Assembly: GCF_001194135.2 (NCBI RefSeq)
Contig: NC_068982.1
Coordinates: 329,196-393,195 of the forward strand
Reading direction: 5' to 3'
Source: Octopus bimaculoides
Lineage: Eukaryota
Length of the DNA stretch: 64,000 bases
The notes below the pieces were generated by a model. It searched no databases. It had not been told where the DNA came from and worked only from the letters and a program-made list of their open reading frames with translations. Made by a program: the position numbers and the translations under genes. Positions 60,101 through 64,000 of the stretch are shown here, piece by piece. How positions within the stretch are numbered: the stretch's first letter is position 1; each line of letters opens with the position of its first letter.

Positions 60101-61453
60101 AGAAACTCTGCCAGATCAGATTGGAGCCTGGTGCAGCCTTCTGGCTCGCCAGTCCTCAGTCAAACAGTCCAACCCATGCCAGCATGGAAAGTGGACGTTA
60201 AATGATGATGTCAACCATGACCATTCCGCCTTTTAAATGATTTTCAGAACAACATTATCCAATTTATCCCTAAACTTGTGATTTGAAGGAGATTTGATTG
60301 TTATTTTTAGTAGGTTATTTGATTATTACACAGAGGTTCCTGTGCTGTATTCATTAACTGAAGAGGGCAATGTCGGATTTTAAGTAAAACTTGAAAAGTA
60401 CATAAATCGATTTTTTACAGTAAAAAAACAAAGTCATTTTAAAGAACGTTAATATTTACTTTGCGACTTTGTGACTTTTGCATGATTCAATTCCATTATG
60501 TTTAGGAAGATGTGAACATTATTTCCAAAGGTGAAATGTGACAAAATAACTGTAATATTGATTTTTACAGAAGTTTGGTTTGTCTTCAGCTCAACTCTAG
60601 TATTATATTAACATATTACTTGTACTTGTTTCAGTCATTTGACTGTGGCCTTGCTGGAGCAGCACATTTAGTCAAGCAAATCAACCCCAGGACTTATTCT
60701 TTGTAAGCCTAGTTCTTAGTCTATCGTTCTCTTTTGCCAAACTGCTAAGTTATGGGGATGTAAACACACCAACATTGGTTGTCAAGTGATGGTGGTGGTG
60801 GTGGTGGGGGGACAAACAGACACACACAAATACACGCGCGCACACACACACACACACACATATATGACAGGCTTCTTTCAGTTTCCATCTACCAAATCCA
60901 CTCACAAGGTTTTGGCCAACCTGAGGCTATAGTAGAAGACACTTGCCCAAGGTGCCACGCAGTGGGACTGAACCGGGAACCATGTGGTTAGGAAGCAAGC
61001 TTCTTACCACACAGCCACTCCTACGCCTATCTATGGTGTTTTGTTACTTTAATTGTCTAAACTTTCGTTGTCGTTTTTTGCAATGTGATACCATTAAAAG
61101 TGTAGAAGACAAATTTCACTTCTGGTGGTTGTGTTGACTTAGGAGACTTTAGAACGAATACAATTTAATTATGCGTTCAGCTTTAAATAAAGATCAGAAA
61201 CTGTTTAATTTCTTGGCTTTGAATATGGAACAACATTACTGACACGGTATGGATGGTTAAATCTTTAACCTGAATCCCGAGCGAATTGCAACCCAGTTCC
61301 TGAATAAATAGTTGGAGAATGCTTCCCAATACTTACTTTCAATCGCACACTCTCTTTGTTTTCATATCCAACCCATTGATTTCCTCGGACAAGATAAGGA
61401 ACTTGATGATCGTTATCCCAATGTCTCGACCATGATTTTTCTACTAGGCATAT
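55051..61453 (-). CDS. GH18 chitinase with C-terminal chitin-binding CBM14 (peritrophin-A) domain, 5'-partial: last 4 exons, 164 aa
   Basis: Exons 61453-61337, 58026-57872, 56279-56212, 55205-55051 join in frame (phases 0,2,1): [61 protein letters not shown], a Thr/Pro linker, then CBM14. The catalytic DxxDxDxE exon is not in the readable sequence. Confidence 0.9.
56212..56279 (-). CDS. Chitinase linker exon (SYTVRPQATTPRIWTHSPNIPH)
   Basis: ttatag acceptor, gtaata donor, phase 2/1, which bridges the flanking exons exactly; Thr/Pro-rich. Confidence 0.75.
56893..57713. repeat. Partial plus full copy of a ~550-bp interspersed repeat, separated and followed by (TTA)n
   Basis: 56893-57066 aligns to the end of 57139-57692; class not determined. 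Confidence 0.7.
57068..57138. repeat. (TTA)n microsatellite
   Basis: Direct read. Confidence 0.95.
57872..58026 (-). CDS. Chitinase exon ([37 protein letters not shown]...TTFR)
   Basis: ttccag acceptor, gttcgt donor (weaker), phase 0/2; GAMxWSLDxDDF motif. Confidence 0.9.
58960..60210 (+). mobile_element. RTE-type LINE 3' 1.2 kb
   Basis: [22 protein letters not shown] peptide, 3'UTR units, (GAT)n. Confidence 0.85.
60623..61028 (-). mobile_element. Full-length CORE-type SINE
   Basis: Reverse complement of 43793-44219 with a (CA)n linker. Confidence 0.8.
61337..61453 (-). CDS. Chitinase exon ([39 protein letters not shown])
   Basis: ttgtag acceptor, gtaagt donor, phase 0/0; VPY..WVGY motif of GH18. 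Confidence 0.92.
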
Positions 61454-62844
61454 CTACAACATCGAAATAAAAGAGAAATTTACACATGTAGCTTTGACAC
61501 TGAGAAATTTATGTTTATAGGAGAGACAAAAACTAATAGAACTGACAAAAATCAAAATGAATCTAAATGAGAGATGGAGAAAATCCACTCAGAGATAAAT
61601 GCTTCAAATCAACAATTATTTCCATCATTTCTGTTCCAAATTGAAATGTCTCTTTCTAGTCAGCAGATACCATTTTCGAATTATTGCATCGAATGAATTT
61701 ATTCTACTGCAATAAAATCCAGCTCACAAAGTTTAGAAATCTAAAGGCAGAAAGACGAAATCAAATGCCGCAATTAACAAATTCCGTTTCGGCACAGATT
61801 CGCCAATTTCGTTGTTTTAGGAAATGTCTAACATCGTTTTTGGTCAATGATTCAGTTTTATTGGGTTACAGCAGATTGATGTTTTACCTGAGGGAATTAA
61901 CTGCGTAATCTCTTTTTACAAGACTATATNNNNNNNNNNNNNNNNNNNNNNNNNNNNNNNNNNNNNNNNNNNNNNNNNNNNNNNNNNNNNNNNNNNNNNN
62001 NNNNNNNNNNNNNNNNNNNNNNNNNNNNNNNNNNNNNNNNNNNNNNNNNNNNNNNNNNNNNNNNNNNNNNNNNNNNNNNNNNNNNNNNNNNNNNNNNNNN
62101 NNNNNNNNNNNNNNNNNNNNNNNNNNNNNNNNNNNNNNNNNNNNNNNNNNNNNNNNNNNNNNNNNNNNNNNNNNNNNNNNNNNNNNNNNNNNNNNNNNNN
62201 NNNNNNNNNNNNNNNNNNNNNNNNNNNNNNNNNNNNNNNNNNNNNNNNNNNNNNNNNNNNNNNNNNNNNNNNNNNNNNNNNNNNNNNNNNNNNNNNNNNN
62301 NNNNNNNNNNNNNNNNNNNNNNNNNNNNNNNNNNNNNNNNNNNNNNNNNNNNNNNNNNNNNNNNNNNNNNNNNNNNNNNNNNNNNNNNNNNNNNNNNNNN
62401 NNNNNNNNNNNNNNNNNNNNNNNNNNNNNNNNNNNNNNNNNNNNNNNNNNNNNNNNNNNNNNNNNNNNNNNNNNNNNNNNNNNNNNNNNNNNNNNNNNNN
62501 NNNNNNNNNNNNNNNNNNNNNNNNNNNNNNNNNNNNNNNNNNNNNNNNNNNNNNNNNNNNNNNNNNNNNNNNNNNNNNNNNNNNNNNNNNNNNNNNNNNN
62601 NNNNNNNNNNNNNNNNNNNNNNNNNNNNNNNNNNNNNNNNNNNNNNNNNNNNNNNNNNNNNNNNNNNNNNNNNNNNNNNNNNNNNNNNNNNNNNNNNNNN
62701 NNNNNNNNNNNNNNNNNNNNNNNNNNNNNNNNNNNNNNNNNNNNNNNNNNNNNNNNNNNNNNNNNNNNNCATTGCTTGTTTTCACCTTTTCAATATCAGT
62801 GAAGAATGCCACTGGAAAAGAAGATATAAGATTTGCCAGGTTTT

Positions 62845-62939
62845 TCTCTCTCACCAAGGTCATCAGCTGTCGAACGCCGACGAAGGGAAATAACCCTGAA
62901 ATCCGGATACGTTCGTGCTGCTGGCTGTGGTGAGAGGGA
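62845..62939 (+). ncRNA. Type I hammerhead ribozyme motif with extended stem I
   Basis: CGAACG-CCGACGA-AGGG(AAAUAA)CCCU-GAAA-UCCGGAU-A/CGUUCG; stem I extends to about 27 bp. U4 is C. Confidence 0.75.
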
Positions 62940-63068
62940 TAACTCCCTTGGCAAACAGGACACAGTCGTGTGTCGATAAGCCAGCTGGAGGAGATGTCCT
63001 CCTGGGGCTAAAAGCAACAGTAACATCCACCCCTAGGGGTCAGCCACACGTAAGTGGCAATATACTAC

Positions 63069-63107
<39 letters not shown>

Positions 63108-63318
63108 ATTTGCCATTTATCGGCTGTTGTTTGTTGGCCACCTATATTATTGTTATTATTATTCATTTTATCAATGATAATAATAAATTAATATCTATAT
63201 AAATATTTTCGAATATTTGTTTATTTTGGATACATATATGTATTGTGTGTGTGTGTGTATTGTGTGTGTGTGTGTATCCATGCATACGTTTGCGTGCGTG
63301 TGTGCGTGTACTCATTTA

Positions 63319-63661
63319 TTCTTTTATTTGTTTCAGTCATTTGACTGCGGCCATGCTGGAGCACGGCCTTTAGTTGAACAGATCAACTCCAGATCTTATT
63401 CTTTGTAAGCCTAGAGCTTATTGTATTGGTCTCCTTTGGCAAACCGCTAGGTTACAGTGATGTAAACACACCAACATTGGTTTTCAAGCGATGATGGGGG
63501 GACAAACACCAATGCACAACATATATATATTATACAGGATGTCCACAAAGTCTGGGTACATGGGGATTAACACATACTTTAAGAAATTATTATTTCTTAT
63601 GTTTAATTGTTTATGTTATGATTTTATTTACTCCATGTACCCAGACCTTGTGGACACCTTG

Positions 63662-63712
<51 letters not shown>

Positions 63713-63861
63713 GACGGGATTCTTTCAGTTTCTGTCTACCAAATCCACTCACAAGACTTTGGTCAGCCCAAAGCTATAGTAGAAGACACTAAGCTAAGCA
63801 ATGGAACTGAACCTGGAACCATGTTGTTGGAAAGCAAGCTTCTTACCACACACCCATGCCT
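63319..63861 (-). mobile_element. Full-length CORE-type SINE interrupted by a MITE
   Basis: Both SINE modules are present; MITE and (TA)n sit in the linker. Confidence 0.75.
63535..63661. mobile_element. Tc1/mariner-type MITE
   Basis: TA TSD; 29-bp TIRs with 3 mismatches (caggatgtccacaaagtctgggtacatgg). Confidence 0.8.
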
Positions 63862-63865
63862 GTAG

Positions 63866-63925
<60 letters not shown>

Positions 63926-63948
63926 AGATAGATAGATAGATAGATAGA
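63866..63948. repeat. (CTAT)n directly followed by (TAGA)n
   Basis: Direct read; forms a 24-bp perfect inverted repeat. Confidence 0.95.
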
Positions 63949-64000
63949 CAGAAACAGAGTAGAGGGTGAACTAGTTAAGAAGCTAGAAGAGGCAATTAGA

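Noticed and set aside
61916-62863. Long ORFs in the track that span N runs (also 19003-20067, 47120-47957, 7777-8124)
   Set aside because: Their length comes from X codons over assembly gaps
62770-62900. Minus-strand peptide ADDLGEREKPGKSYIFFSSG resembling an RTE endonuclease N-terminus
   Set aside because: Short, low similarity, closed by a stop, and it overlaps the much better supported + strand hammerhead fold

Overview
Eukaryotic, AT-rich, repeat-dense genomic DNA with 8 assembly gaps. The repeat families look like those of a coleoid cephalopod, probably Octopus; this is inferred from recall, not tested. Three spliced protein-coding genes could be reconstructed by hand with GT-AG introns and consistent phases, and most of their exons are absent from the ORF track. 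(1) The 3' 11 coding exons of PERK/EIF2AK3 on + (1591-27165). (2) A complete 6-exon RAB28 on - (51454-33267, 222 aa, CaaX CSLQ), convergent with PERK. (3) The last 4 exons of a GH18 chitinase with a C-terminal CBM14 domain on - (61453-55051). Introns and intergenic DNA hold RTE-type and CR1/L2-type LINE fragments, tRNA-derived SINEs, piggyBac- and Tc1/mariner-type MITEs, a mariner transposase relic and microsatellites. Best leads: (a) a type I hammerhead ribozyme fold with a ~27-bp extended stem I and palindromic stem III at 62845-62939; (b) a second minimal hammerhead family in three copies, two of them in a 340-bp-period direct repeat (retrozyme/Penelope-like) in the sense strand of RAB28 intron 1; (c) a RAB28 whose Ras-12/13/59/61-equivalent residues are R/L/S/I, which suggests a GTPase-impaired protein; (d) two conserved Gly positions encoded as AGY (Ser), candidates for restorative A-to-I editing. 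All alignments and folds were done by eye. Repeat boundaries are approximate.
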